The translations under genes and the position numbers were made by a program. Shown piece after piece: positions 36,534 to 49,470 of a DNA stretch of 64,000 bases. Source of the stretch: Azolla caroliniana (lineage: Eukaryota; Plantae; Polypodiophyta); the NCBI GenBank assembly GCA_043228905.1, contig JBHGNT010000002.1, forward strand, positions 7,812,001-7,876,000, written 5' to 3'. The notes under the pieces were generated by a model. The model saw only the letters and a program-made list of their open reading frames with translations. It did no database searches and was not told the DNA's origin. How positions within the stretch are numbered: the first letter of the stretch is position 1; every line of letters begins with the position of its first letter.

Positions 36534-39500
36534 CTATATTTCTTCATCGATGCCCAAGACAGAATCGTCAAAAGCTTCGAATCCAATTACTATTCTATCT
36601 CTTCTCTTGAAAATCTTGATTCTTTTACCAGAAATTGGCAAAGCAAGTGGTGTACCATCCAGTTCTTCGAAATGATATGTTGCATTTTCTTCCACTTTCT
36701 TCACCACATATGGTCCAAACCATCGTTGTGAAAATTTTCGAGCCGTACTATGTTGGTTGTCTAGGCCACTGTCATAGACTAGCACCCAATCTCCTTCAAC
36801 GATTTTCCTCAGACGAAGACGATGTCGTTTATCAAAGTCTTTTTGGTTCTTTAGCCTTGCATTCTTTAGCCGCGCTTTAGCCACCTCTATATCTTCCAAA
36901 TTCCGCTCCAACTATTGAATCCTCAATACTAGAAGATCTTCTCTACTTATCTCATCTTGCCATGACAATGCAAACCATGAAATAATACTTTGTTCTATAG
37001 GCATTATCGGCTTTTGTCGGAATATGAGCTCTGCCAGCATGTATCCCATCACCGTGCTATGAGTAGTCCTATCAGCCCATAGTGCAAATGGCAATAGACA
37101 TGGCCATTCTCCTATTTTCCCATGGCAAGCTTTCACTAAAACCTTCACAATCGGTCCATGTCCACGTTCCACCTTCCCATTTGCTTCCGGATTATACGCC
37201 ATGGTAAGAGATAGTTTGATTCCCATCCTAGAGAAGAATTCTCTAGCTTCATTGGTGTCCAGTTCGCCTCTATCAGCCATTATCTTGCCGACGCATCCAT
37301 ATATGCAAATAACATCTTCAAGATGAAATTTGCATACTGATGATGTTTCTTTAGTTCTCAATGCTCGCCTTTCAACTTGATTGGTAAGATCTTCTCTTGC
37401 ACGCACAAGATACCTCATCTACCATAGCCCCATTGGCATCATTACAATGGCCACCATCCACTTGTAATGCATAGCCAACAGGTAAGTCGGATGAAGTTTA
37501 TCTCGATGGCGAATATTCAAAAACATCTGACATTCCTTACATGTTTCCACATAAGCCACCAATATTTCTCCTTAAGCTTCGCAAACGTAGACCATATTCC
37601 TCGATGGCCTGCAAAAACTCTATCATGAAATTCAGACATTAGTTTTTGTCGATCCTCAAGCTTGCAGAAAACTCTCATCGGAGTCCCATTCTTCTTTTTT
37701 GCATGCCTCCAAAGAGCTTTATCCTTAAGGAAATACTTATATACTTTCTTCGGAATTCGATGGAATTCTTCCGTCGACCATGATTCATCTTTTTGGAGAG
37801 AACTCAAGTATTTCCCGATCTCCACGAATTCTCCTTCGTAGTCCTCTTCTATGAAAGTAGTTAGCACCCAAGCGTAGGAACTTGTAAAGAAATCCAAGCC
37901 AACATCCTCCTCATCAGAATGTCGATCTTCTTCTCCGTTGTATCTCGCTCGTGATAACATGTCTGCAACGACATTACGCTTCCTAGCTACATGACGGATC
38001 TCCAGGTTGAGTGATTTGATATATTCAATCCAACGCAACATGGCAATATCTAGTGTATTGCAACCAGATATCATACCCAATATTGGTAAGCAATCTGTCT
38101 CAATTATGACTTCTGCTCCAATAAGTTAATCATGATCAGATTTGATTGCCGAGACGATTCCCTATAGCTCTCTCTTCACTTGGGCATACCTTCTTTGCCT
38201 GTCACTCAACACTTTCGCGCCAAACCGAATTGCATATCTGTTGCAATCTTCGTCTTCTTGGTTGATAACCCATCCGATTCCAATTGGACTAGTATCCACG
38301 GTCACGAAAATGGGCTTGCCATATGAATAGTCCGCTTTCCATAATGCAGGTGCCTCCATCAATAATTTCTTCAGCCTTCGGATGGCGATTGTATGCTCGC
38401 TCGTCCATTCGAACATCCACTTCTTCTTTAGTAGACCATATAATGGCTCAGCAATGTGGGTGTAGTGTGGAATCCAAATATGATAAAACGTGCATGCTCC
38501 AAGGAACCTTTGAACCTCCATTTGGGTTACGCATTCTTCTTTCATGTGTTGGATTGCATTCACCTTGGATGGCGAAGGCTTCCGACCATATGCTCCACAC
38601 AAGTGACCTACCACCAAGATCTCCGGTTGCCCGAATGCGGATTTTTCTCCCGAAAATGTCAAATTCGCATCTTCGAGCCTTTGGAGCACCTTCTCGCAAT
38701 CTTTCATATGATCCACGACGAACTTTCTACATCCATCCTTATCTTTTGATTCATCCTTCTCTTCATCCGAACATCCTTTTATCGAGATATCATCTAAGAA
38801 TGGCATTGTGATATCCGGGATGCAATCCTTCAAGACCTTGTTCGTGGCATTCACCATATGAGCCACCGAGTTCGTTGCGCCTTGAGGTGAGGTACACATC
38901 CGCACCAACCCGATTGGAGTTCTCATGGTTGTAATGTCACGACTGTCGACCGCCAACTAGAATTGATTGTAGCCAGAGTAGAGATCGTCGATGGAGTAGA
39001 TGAACCAGCTCGCAAACACCTTGGCAAATTCATCCACAATCAGACCGATTCCAGCATTCCGAATTGTCACCTTGTTGACGGGTTGAAGATCTTGAATGAA
39101 TCACAACGATCCATTCTTCTTCGGCACCGTGAACCACCTATTAGAATAAGGAGTGTTCGACGGTTCTAGAATTCCCATCCTCACGTTCTCCTTTAAGAGC
39201 TCGATCAGCTTCGGTAGGTGTGCTCTCGGAACCGGTATCGGTTTCAAATTCCAAGGCACATGCACCAGCGTGCAGATCACCATCGGTTCTACCGTCCTTG
39301 GATTAGCACACCCGATTTCTTGTGGGAAAAACGCGAAAGCCTTCCCATGTCTTTCAAGCATTCCACGAAGCATCCGCTCCTCTTCAGGGAGGAGGAAATC
39401 TTCCCTTCCAACACGTAGCTTCCCTTTTGTCTCATCAGTGAAGATGTGACCAATTGTATTTGGATTCCTTAAGCTTGGATCTTTTGCAACTTCCTTCATC

Positions 39501-42130
39501 TTTTGCCATCTATCTTCCAGTAGCAGAACTACAACTGGCTTGATCTTCCTATCCACAGTTTTATATTTTGTGTTGACTTCAACTTCCTCCATCAAGAGGC
39601 CTCAATGATATTCATCAATGATAGTTTACATGTTGACAGAGTTAACCGAAATCACATGTTGATGGTGAGGATAGCTCAAGTCCACGACTTCCTCGATTTC
39701 GCCGATGGTGTCGTTAAATGAGGGTTCCTCCAGAATATAAGACACGAATTCTTCTTCTTCGATTATGCTTTCTTCTTTCAGAACTCTCGAAGTCTTGTAT
39801 TCGATGTTTGTCCTTGTTGAGTAGTGTTAGTTTGCATGCGCCACTAGGTGTGACACATGTTGCTTCTCCTTGCAATCCTTGCGCTCTACTTCTTTGTGGG
39901 GACTTATGATTGCCCGGACTATTTGTACCCCATGTTTCCATAGTCCACTTTAAACATTCGAGGATTCGCCTCCAAGGCTATCTCGGTTCCTTTCGTGATT
40001 AGCTCGTACCGTCAAGAATTGAACAGATCTTTTACTATCTAGACTCTTGACACGTGTGAAGGCTGCTCCATTATCGAACACCTTGGTCTCCATCCAGGAC
40101 GATGTTATGTACGGTTGTCCTAGGATGACAGGATGCGAAGCCGAGTCTTGCACGAAGAAGTGTTGATCAATCTCCACATCCCCAATTGTGACTTTAACAT
40201 TGGGGCAAGCTCCATACAAGTCCTCCGTGGCCTTCGTCGTTGCTCGAATCTTCCATCCATGGTTTGTATTAATCGGCCATCTTCCTTTCTTGTAGAACTC
40301 GGTCGACATGAGATTGATCTTTGAGCCATGGTCAATCAAAGCGACCACGGTCTCTTTCTTCTCCCCGATCTTGACCGGTGTCTCCATTGTCACTCTTGCC
40401 CAATGAGGTCGAGAGTAATGGCCATCCGCCACCTCTTCTTCTTCCTCCTCCTCTTCCGATCTTGCCATGGTTATGGCACTTGTTTTCACCTCCTCTTCAT
40501 CAAATTGTTGCCGCTTCCTTTTAATAAGGTCCACGATAGTATCATGGAACTCCTTCTTCGCGATCCCAAGTAGCTCTCTCAAACTAAGGTTGACATGACT
40601 ATCTAAAACCTTCTCCTCAAGGACCTTCCGAAAGTTAGTTGTTTGTTCTATGTCCGACCTTAGCTTGTAAGTCGGTGCCGCTCGTTCTTTTCCTTCCTTT
40701 GTTGATTCTTCGACCTCCATCCGAGCAGGTTGGCTCGATCCACCGGGCTTCATGTTTGCTTCTCCAACCTCTTTTCTTGGGATAGGTTAAGGTGGCCCTT
40801 CTTTCCCTCCGTTCCTCGTGTTAGGACACTTTCATGTGCCATCTTCTTCGCCGGTTCTTTTTCTCTTCTCTTCGACAAGGGCTTCATAGCTGTCACACAC
40901 AACCTCCGCAAAGCTTGTGTTTTCGTCGATTGGATCTAACCATCCGGTAGCTCGTCGCACGTTCCGGTCAGCAAGTTTTAGATCCTCCGAATTGATTTTT
41001 CCTTTTTCTTCGCACTTGAAGACCGTCGGCCAAAACCCAGCTCCTGGCTTGATCATTTTAAGATTCTCTTTTCCAACTCGTATCTTGGCCGAAGCGGCAT
41101 AGTGCATAGCTTCCACATGCCTTGCATCTTCCTCTTCTATGATCTTTTTCAGTCCACCTCTTCCAAAGTTCACTCGTAGTGGCTTCCGGGTCTCGCTCGA
41201 GTGAATCATGTTGGCATCCAAATAGACGACATTCTTGCGGATAGCATCTTGCAAGTTAGCACATTCCCTTCGTGAGTGCTCGAAACTATCGCACCACACA
41301 CATCTATACGCTTCTTTCCCCTTTGGCCCATGTTGACCTAAGTTGGCTAGCGATACCGCTTCAAACTTCTTGGAGAGCACTTTGATTATAGACTCCTCCA
41401 TTGCTTTCTTGTCAAAATTGTTAATCGGCTTGCTAGGCTTGATCGTCGTAGGTGCCTTCATCCACGATTGTGGATTCTTGACCTCAACTTCCTCTTGCCA
41501 TTGTCGCGGCTTATCAAAATGGTTGCAACCCTTCTTCACTGCCACCCAGTCCGCTACCAAGCCATTTGGTTGCGTTTCATCCTCCAAATAGATACCCAAT
41601 TCGCGCTAATCTTTCGCATCCACTGCCTTTAGGACTAGTAAGACTTTATCTCTATCGAGAACTCGTTGATCAGCACTCGGAAGTTGGTTGTACTTCTGGT
41701 CGAATTTGGCATAAACTCCCGATGCACACAGATTCTTCCCTTTCTTCTCGATCCAATTCATTAACGTATGCTGAGTCATCCGTGATGCGTCTTCAAGCAT
41801 GTATTCAGTGAGAAGAGCCCTTTCGAACTCCGCCCAAGTTGCATGCTCGTTTTGGATCTCCATCACGTGCTCACGGATCCCGGGTTCTACCACACGCTTA
41901 AAGCTTGAAATTTGTTTCGAATCATGGACATCTCTTTGTTGCATCTCGTTCCGATGGGTAGCAAGGAAATTTGTGATGTTCTTGCTACTGAATCTTCAAG
42001 CTGTCTCCACAGTTCGGTCAACAGCTTTGTCGACTAAAGCCTCCCGATCTCTCTCTTTCAGCATGAATTCAACGACGGACACCATGCCTTTCATCAATTC
42101 TTCTCCTTGAGTTCCACTTGTTGAAGCCAT
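36534..42130 (-). pseudogene. gag-pol: G4 gag-pol (stops and frameshifts)
   Basis: Gag with CVWCDSFEHSRREC knuckle, protease ALIDHGS, RT (PQGATNS, PFLDDI), RNase H (TVDTSPIG), integrase (ADRGEL, EANGKVER, WFGPY). Confidence 0.92.
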
Positions 42131-43402
42131 CTTCGCACTTGATATCCTCCTACTGCCTCATTTCACGTTGGGTTCACCAAAGATGTCGCAAAATTACGAC
42201 GAGGACACGTGAACTTTGAGGCAAGTCCATGGGGCCTCCAACTGGAAGATATCAAATTTGTATGCTTATATTAAACAATTAATGGAAAATGAGAAAGATT
42301 GACAAACTTCATTAATAAACAGAAAAGAAAAATTACAATCAATCCCAAGATTTGGATTACAAAAGTTTTATCTTAAGGAGATTACTAGAATAATAGATTA
42401 GAAGAAACTAAGATATGGATTCAATAGAGATTTAGGGTTCTTTGGCTTTTCTAAGAGATTATGGTTTATGTGTTCAATAGCTTCCGTATGGAAAATTAGG
42501 GTTTTTGGCTTCGATAAGATAAGGGAGCTCAGAAGGAAAAAAGAAAAAAAAATTAAGATAATATGGAGAGAGCATGAGTGTAGGAAAAAAAATGGAATTT
42601 TATATGGAGTTCTCCCTTGATCATCTACATGTCCACTTTTTGTTGCATGGCCTCTACTTTTAGTTGCATAGCTTTCTTTTTTAGTTGCATCTTTTTTTAG
42701 TTGCATGGCTTTTTCTTTTAGTTGCATGTGACCGTCCACATGACCTTTACTTTAGTTTTCTTCACTTCACTTTAATTAGCCACATGATCCTATCATCCGT
42801 TCGGTTTGCGTCCTAATTCGATCGCCGATTCTGTCCAATTGCCAATTGTCGCCGCTAGTTCTAGTTTGCTTACCGGCCGATTCTAGGTTTTGCTTACCGG
42901 CCGGTTTCTAGTTTTGTTTACTGGCCGGGTCCGGTTTTGCTTACCAGTCCAGGTTCCGATTTTGCTTACCAGTCGGTTTCCTGTTTTGCTTACCAGCCAA
43001 TATCCGGTTTTTGGCACTTAGCCACCATGATCCATTAAGACAAAGTGGCGAAAGTGCTCTTACCACAAATGAAAATGAGGGGTCTCAAAGTGCTTATATA
43101 GCCAGGGCCTTAAGTTTCCTATCTATGTGGGATACTTCAAAATTCTATTTTCCCTATCTTCTCAAGCTTCATCTCCACCTAACTTGATATGTAGTTGTCT
43201 ATTTTGTATGTAGTAAAATTCGTTTTGAAGCTCTTGAGTACATCCATATTCCTATAACAAGCTACTAATCTAATCTAAAATAATTGTTTCATTGCTTTTT
43301 TACATAGTGTGTGAAGATTCACATGACACCAGCAATCGGATCCAGCTCCTAGTTTCGGATACCATCCAGACACCCATCCCGATCCGATTGAGCTTGCTCA
43401 CA

Positions 43403-44705
43403 AGCTCCACCGTTGGCTTTCGTGATGTCTTGTCAGTAATGGAAGTTGTATTCTCGGGGTTTCTCTTTGTTGTGTCGGCCTTGGCCAAATCGTCCTCTTC
43501 TTCCCTGACCCTGTGCTCTTCCTCCATTGAAGTTCGAATAGAGCATTTGTCATTCTTGCATATTGCTTCTTGCTCGAACATGATTGTCCTCAACTAGCAA
43601 CATCGACTAGGATCAAAGGAGGGAGGATTGTCCCTCGCGAGGATAACTGACCAAATAGCTCCGAACCAAGATGCTAAGCCTCCGAGGCAAATTTGCACCA
43701 TTTCATCGTGGTCAATGCTAACATTGATCAACCCGAGGGCATTACACGGCTCCTTGATCTTCAAGGTGTAGCTACTAATTGACATGTCCCTCTGTTGTAT
43801 ATATAGCATTCAACTCTTGACGGAGTTGAACTTTCTTGCGGTCGTGTTGGCTGCGAAAATCTTCTTGAGGTTCCCTCGTGCCTCCTTCGGCGTTTTGGCC
43901 TCTCAGATGTAGTCGAGGATGTGATCATGGATGCATGATGCAAGGCACTACAACACACAACTCACCGCTTTCTTTCAAGCTCGGTAGTTGGCATGTGTTG
44001 GGTTGGGTTGATTCCTGTTTGCCCCTTTGACATAACTCCAATAGAATTAACCGACAAGGTATTGGTGCATCTTGTACCCCCATGATGCAAAGTTGTTGCT
44101 ATTGAGCTTTTCAATAGGAAGAGCGCTTCCCATCTGTGTATTCATGTTGAGCTTCTTCTTCTTCTTCTTCTTCTTCTTCTTGATGTGAATTGTACAAATG
44201 ACTGCTACAATGATCAGTCAATTCTTGTCGAATGAGGAATCAGGCACAACAAACGCAGAGGTGATGAGCTTCGATCAAGCAACCATGTGCTCTCATACCA
44301 TGTAAAGAATCAGATGGATTCAGTGCAACAGAAGAATTGTGCGTGTGTAGAGAGAGAGAGAGAGAGACAAAGAGAGAGAGAGACAAAGAGAGAGAGAGAC
44401 AAAGAGAGAGAGAGGCAAAGAGCTCACGATTATAGAAAATCAAAAAACTATATTACTGAGAAAGCAAGAATGACCAACAATTACAAAGAGAGGGAGAAGG
44501 TGCTTATGTAGTCACCTTCTCTCTAAGTTCTCTCACTAGTACTGCCTCTTGAGAAAGAGGCCGTGTCTTAACTTCCTAAAGAATATGTGTCATAGAACAT
44601 TAACTTATGACACACTAGTTATTATACAAGGAGGTGGGGTGTTCACAAACTCGAGTGTCCTAGGGTGTGTTCCAACTCATGGGAAGTTGAGTTTGGTTCT
44701 CAACA
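43403..44705 (-). mobile_element. Ty1/copia 5' fragment C4: 5' LTR 44301-44705, PBS and decayed gag
   Basis: TG..CA LTR and PBS TGGTATGAGAGC at 44289-44300. Gag start MGSALPIEKLNSNNFASW at about 44132. (GA)n microsatellite in the LTR. Confidence 0.85.
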
Positions 44706-46539
44706 TATCCTTGTAACGATTATAACGAATTTCGTTAGCAAAATGGTTTACTTTTTCATAACCCTCTTTTGTATGTCCCCAACAGTTCGTCTTAACTGCA
44801 AGTAATGCAATATTGTCATGACAACCCAATGGTTGGGCACTTTCGAGCTAGTTTCTCGAAATTATTGGTGGCCTCATCTTCATGAGTTAATTGAGGATTA
44901 TGTTCGTACTTGTGACATGTGTTGTCGATCAAATATTCTATGACATCAACCATATGGGTTATTACAGCCATTACCAGTTCCTATTTGTCCGTGGAAATCC
45001 ATCTCTTTGGACTTTATTACAGATCTTCGGCTTTCAAAGAGTTTTGATGTTATTCTCACCGTAGTAGATCGATTCACAAAGATGACACATTTTCATCCAT
45101 GGACAGAAACTATCAATCGTAAAGAAACTGCAGATGTCATTATGAAAGACGTATTTCGGCTTGAACATGCTCTTCCAAAGGACATCATTAGTGATCGTGA
45201 CCCACAGTTCATCTCAAAATTCTGGAAACACTTGCTTAAGATGCTCAAAATTTCTTGTAAACTTTCTTCAAGCTATCATTCACAAAGTGACAGTCAAACC
45301 GAGCACACAAATCAAACACTAGAACAATATCTTTGGTGTTTTATCAATTATCAACAAGATGTTTGGGCGGATTTTTTACACTTTGCAGAGTTTGCATACA
45401 ATAATTCGGTTCATTCCTCAACAGGATATACCCCATTTTTTGCAAACATAGGATGTCATCCCCGTTCGATAATGATTGAACATCCAGAAATCTCGAAAAA
45501 TCTTGCCATTGATAATCGTCTACGCCAACTCCAAGAAGTTCATGTTGCACTTTCTCACCATTTTCATACGGCTCAAGCCACACACAAGAAGGTTGTAGAT
45601 CGTCATCGTCTTGATTCCTCACTAGAGGAACCAAAATTTCGAATTGGGGATTGTGTATGGCTATTACGACATAATGTGAAAACCAGTAAACCTTATGATA
45701 AGTTGGATTATTAATGACTTGGTCCATTTATCATCTTTAATAAAATCAATGACTCTGCATTCTGCCTTGATCGGCCTCCACATATACATCTACACCCAGT
45801 ATTTCATGTCTCATTGTTGGAACCTTACGTTGGTAGTTCCATTCCAAATCGGGTTGTTCTACCCCCACCTCCGATTCAACTTGTTGATGGCCCAGAATTC
45901 GAAGTCAAAGTTATTTTGGAATCCAAGAAAGTAGGTAAGAAGCTTTATTATCTCCTCGATTGGTTAGGTTATACACCTAATGATCGTACTAGGGAGCCGA
46001 CTGAGAACCTTGATAACAACTCTGACTTGGTAGCTGAATTTCATCGCCAATATCTAGGTAAGCCGAGTCCCAAGTCATGCATTACGACTCGTGGAACTCG
46101 TCATCAAAGGAGGGAGATGGTGTCATGAGTAGATAAAGCCCCATGAGGTTAAAGATGACTCGAACCCGTAACCTCCTACGAAAGAGCAGTTAGCTTTGGC
46201 CATTAAGGTATACATATTGTACATAAAGAAATCTAATTTACTTTATTATAATATTGATAATGTAACCCTATAAATATCTAAAACGTGCCATGACCCTACA
46301 ATATCCCAAAGGGTATCATGACCCTACAAACATCCAAGGGGCACATACTACCTTTACATAAATAGGACATATTGTATTGCTAGAACCATTCCGATGCAAT
46401 TCCGATGCAACAACAATCTTTGGCAAATATTATAGTTCTTCCTCTTGTATATTTTCCTATTTTAATAAAATATAGTGATTGTTCTCTCTTTCTTTTCCTC
46501 TCTTGTTCAATTTTCTTTTGTCAAGCTACAGCCTTGATA
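44706..46539 (+). mobile_element. Chromovirus (Tcn1-like) 3' part: integrase, chromodomain, PPT, 3' LTR 46121-46539
   Basis: ORF 45007-45714 (DFITDL, IISDRD, AEFAYNN), ORF 45814-46128 (chromodomain), PPT AGGAGGGAGATGG at 46108-46120. Confidence 0.92.
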
Positions 46540-47119
46540 GTATGTGCCCCTTGGATGTTTGTAGGGTCATGATACCCTTTGGAGATTTCTTTATGTACAA
46601 TATGTATACCTTAATGGCCAAAGCTAAGTGCTCTTTCGTAGGGTGCCATGACCCCACAATATCCCAAAGGGTATCATGACCCTACAAACATCCAAGGGGC
46701 ACATACTACTCTTACATAAATAGGACATATTGTACTGCTAGAACCATTCTGATGCAACACCAATCTTTGGCAAATTTTATAGTTCTTTCTCTTGTATATT
46801 TTCCTATTATAATAAAATATAGTGATTGTTCTCTCTTTCTTTTCCTCTCTTGTTCAATTTTCTTTTGTCAAGTTACAACCTTGATAGTATGTGCCCCTTG
46901 GATGTTTGTAGGGTCATGATACCCTTTGGAATGTTGTAGGGTCATGGCACCCTTTGGATATTTATAGGGTTACATTATCAATATTATAATAAAGTAAATT
47001 ATAATGTTGTTATGTGTAACATGTATAACCTAATGGTTAAAGCTATGTGTTTTTCTTTACGTACGAGGTTACAGGTTCGAGTCACCCTAAACCTCATAGG
47101 GTTTTATCTATTCATGATA
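46540..47119. repeat. Scrambled direct and inverted fragments of the adjacent chromovirus LTR
   Basis: 46540-46643 two inverted pieces; 46644-46886 direct piece; 46887-47119 inverted copy of the LTR 5' part. Confidence 0.85.
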
Positions 47120-47629
47120 ACCGTCATGGCATCGAGTCGTACATGGTACTGGCGCGCTCGCCACAAGACGTAGTCGATAATTTGTCAAATGAGGGGTTAT
47201 TCTTGTGTGTAAAATACTATGGTACTTCTTACCACAATATATTATATGGTCATGCCTGTAACAATGTCCTCAATGTGATAGGGTTCTCTTTATATCGAGC
47301 CTTGACCGCTTCATAAAGCCCCATCACATTGTGACCACATGTCAAAGAGCCTAAACTCCTTTTCTATTGGGAATGTCAAAGAGCCTAAAATCCTTTTCTA
47401 TTGTGACCCAATCTGTTGTAATCCCATCTTCATTTTCAAGTAGGATGCTCATTTTATCCCTAACTAGAATATTCACCACCTTCAGGAATGATAGGATGTT
47501 ACTCATATTGAGTACTAAATAGAGAGATGAGGCACCAATGGCACTTAATACTCACCAACCCCTTTTCCATTAAATATTTGAGGATAGCTTCTTATTTTTC
47601 CTATCTTTTTTGTTTGTGTGCTACCTCTT

Positions 47630-47905
47630 CTCTCATCAACATTCTATTGAAAATTCTAACATTGTTTGTATGTTTCAACTCATCAACATTTTGTTGAAAA
47701 TTCTATTATTGTTTGTATGTTTTCTCACTCAAAACATACATATTTGTATGTTTTTGTATGTTTGGACTCACTTGAAACATTGTTTGTATGTTTCGACTCA
47801 TCAACATTTTGTTGAAAATTGTATTATTGTTTGTATGTTTTCTCACTCAAAACATACATATTTGTATGATTTTGTATGTTTGGACTCACTTGAAACATTG
47901 TTTGT
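47630..47905. repeat. AT-rich imperfect tandem duplications
   Basis: TCATCAACATTTTGTTGAAAATT...TTGTTTGTATGTTT three times; a 118-bp block is repeated twice. Confidence 0.75.
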
Positions 47906-47909
47906 TCTA

Positions 47910-48235
47910 TTACACTCGGGGAAACTTTGGAGGGGTTTCTATAGGGTCTTCCAAAAAGTGAGAGGAGCAAACAAAAGACAAGAAGAGAGACATCAATGTC
48001 ACACTCGGGAAACGTTGGAGGGGTTTCTATAGGGGCTTCTAAAAAGTGAGAGGAGGAAACAAAATACAAGAAGAGAAACATCAATGTCATACTCGGGAAA
48101 CTTTGGAAGGGGGCTTCTAAAAAGTCAGAGGAGCAAATGAAACACAAGAAGAGAAACACCAATGTCACACTCGGGAAACATTGGAGGGGTTTCTATAGGG
48201 GCTTCTAAAAAGTGAGAGCAGCAACACAAGAAATA
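47910..48235. repeat. Tandem repeat, 4 units of about 80-90 bp
   Basis: ACTCGGGAAAC.TTGGAGGGGTTTCTATAGGGGCTTCTAAAAAGTGAGAGGAGCAA...CAAGAAGAGAAACATCAATGTC units at about 47912, 48001, 48090 and 48167. Confidence 0.9.
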
Positions 48236-48513
48236 GAACGTAATATTCGTGTTCGTGGAGGCATTCAAACGTTTGAAAATGTACACGTTTGAAAGGGGAA
48301 AAATACGTGCTCCTTTTTTTTTTTTTTTCTTTTTTTCATTTGTTTTCATTGCAAATTTAGCCCATAATATAGACCATAGTTAATCCAATCAAACGTGTCA
48401 AACCAATCCAACTTTTAGTTTATTTACCATTCACGTTTTATGGAATCAAACGCGAATGCGAATGCGAATGCGAGTATGATACGTATGGTTCATTCTATGG
48501 AGACATCAATGGC

Positions 48514-48520
48514 TATTTAA
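48514..48520 (+). promoter_or_regulatory. Candidate TATA box of the downstream gene
   Basis: CTATTTAAGG about 200 bp upstream of the ATG, followed by a pyrimidine-rich (CCT)n leader. Confidence 0.4.
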
Positions 48521-48720
48521 GGGCCAACAAAGTTATTCAAAACTCTTAAACCCTGAAAGTCTCTGGATCATTTCCACCACCATTTCTCCTCCTCCTCCTC
48601 CTCCTCCTACAACTAATAACCTAAATTGTTGTAAATTGTCTCTTTCCTTCTTATAATCCACTCTAGGAATCTACGCGCGCGCACCGTGGTACAGCACTTT
48701 GAGCCAAAGTATTGTTGTGC

Positions 48721-49470
48721 ATGTATCATTCCCCGCCCACTGCCTCCTCCGCCGCCCAATATCTTAGTGCTAGAATGGGGGGGGTCATGAGCTTCCCTGA
48801 TTCTGTTGTATCATCGGACCACGTAGACTTTCCGCCCCAACCTCACTATGTTGTATCCATAGATGAAGCCGCCGATTTATCGGTGCTGCCTGATGAGGAG
48901 GACTCCTCTCAGTTACCTGAGCTTATTGTATCCATAGATCAGGGGGCGGGCTTACCTAGCCAGCCTGATCGCCTTATGCCAATGGATGAGCCCGGCTTAG
49001 ATCAGCAGGCAGATAATATTGTATGGATACATACGGCAAGTCATTCACTCAATGCAGACTGGGGGAGGCATCAAAGAACAACCACCACGACAAAGATGAA
49101 GATGCAGCCGAAACAAGTTGCTTGCATTATTGTGGCGTACTTCAAAGTACAGATGGATGTTCTCTTGCTGGTGGCTCAACAGCAGAAGAGCCAGCCAAAT
49201 TCCTCCAATGGCAAGCATTTCTTCTTCTTCTTCTGGCTGGTCTTGCCCATAGCTACCATACCTTTCGGCCTCCTCTGTCTGTTACTCCTCTTCTGGTACA
49301 TCAAATACTCTCAGCCCTATAATGGACAGATGCTGATTAATGACAGGAACCCTAACAACAACATAGTAAACGGCATGAGCAGTTTGACCACGGGCATCAT
49401 TGCATTCTTCCTGATTGTTGGATTCCAGGCAGCTATCCTGGTGTATGCCTACCATTTCACTACCCTCTAA
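48721..49470 (+). CDS. Probable intronless host gene: uncharacterised membrane protein (acidic N-terminus, two C-terminal hydrophobic helices)
   Basis: Uninterrupted 249-codon ORF from ATG 48721 (alternative ATG 48775) with no TE motifs. Hydrophobic stretches FFFFFWLVLPIATIPFGLLCLLLLFWYI and LTTGIIAFFLIVGFQAAILVYAY. AATAAA downstream. Confidence 0.6.
   Translation: MYHSPPTASSAAQYLSARMGGVMSFPDSVVSSDHVDFPPQPHYVVSIDEAADLSVLPDEEDSSQLPELIVSIDQGAGLPSQPDRLMPMDEPGLDQQADNIVWIHTASHSLNADWGRHQRTTTTTKMKMQPKQVACIIVAYFKVQMDVLLLVAQQQKSQPNSSNGKHFFFFFWLVLPIATIPFGLLCLLLLFWYIKYSQPYNGQMLINDRNPNNNIVNGMSSLTTGIIAFFLIVGFQAAILVYAYHFTTL

Larger units (their letters stand above)
35131..43328 (-). mobile_element. Full-length Ty3/gypsy element G4 (tRNA-Trp primed, Phygy-like) inserted in the C2 5' LTR
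   Basis: LTRs 35131-36466 and 42184-43328 (TG..CA), 4-bp TSD CCAG, PBS 42162-42179 (TGGTGAACCCAACGTGAA), PPT at about 36470-36478. Confidence 0.95.
21458..43402 (-). mobile_element. Ty1/copia element C2 (possibly a chimera of two copies), host of four nested insertions
   Basis: 3' LTR 21458-21904 with PPT 21905-21914. 5' LTR 34795-35130 + 43333-43402, with PBS 34783-34794. Decayed gag-PR-INT-RT-RH pieces at 22800-24455, 30589-32315 and 33381-34690. Flanks give no matching TSD. Confidence 0.8.

Noticed and set aside
6271-46539. Two chromovirus pieces as halves of one element
   Set aside because: They are in opposite orientation and cover the same integrase-chromodomain-LTR region, so they are separate copies.
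47910-48235. CRISPR-like regularly spaced repeats
   Set aside because: Units are similar along their whole length with no unique spacers, the context is eukaryotic and there are no cas genes.
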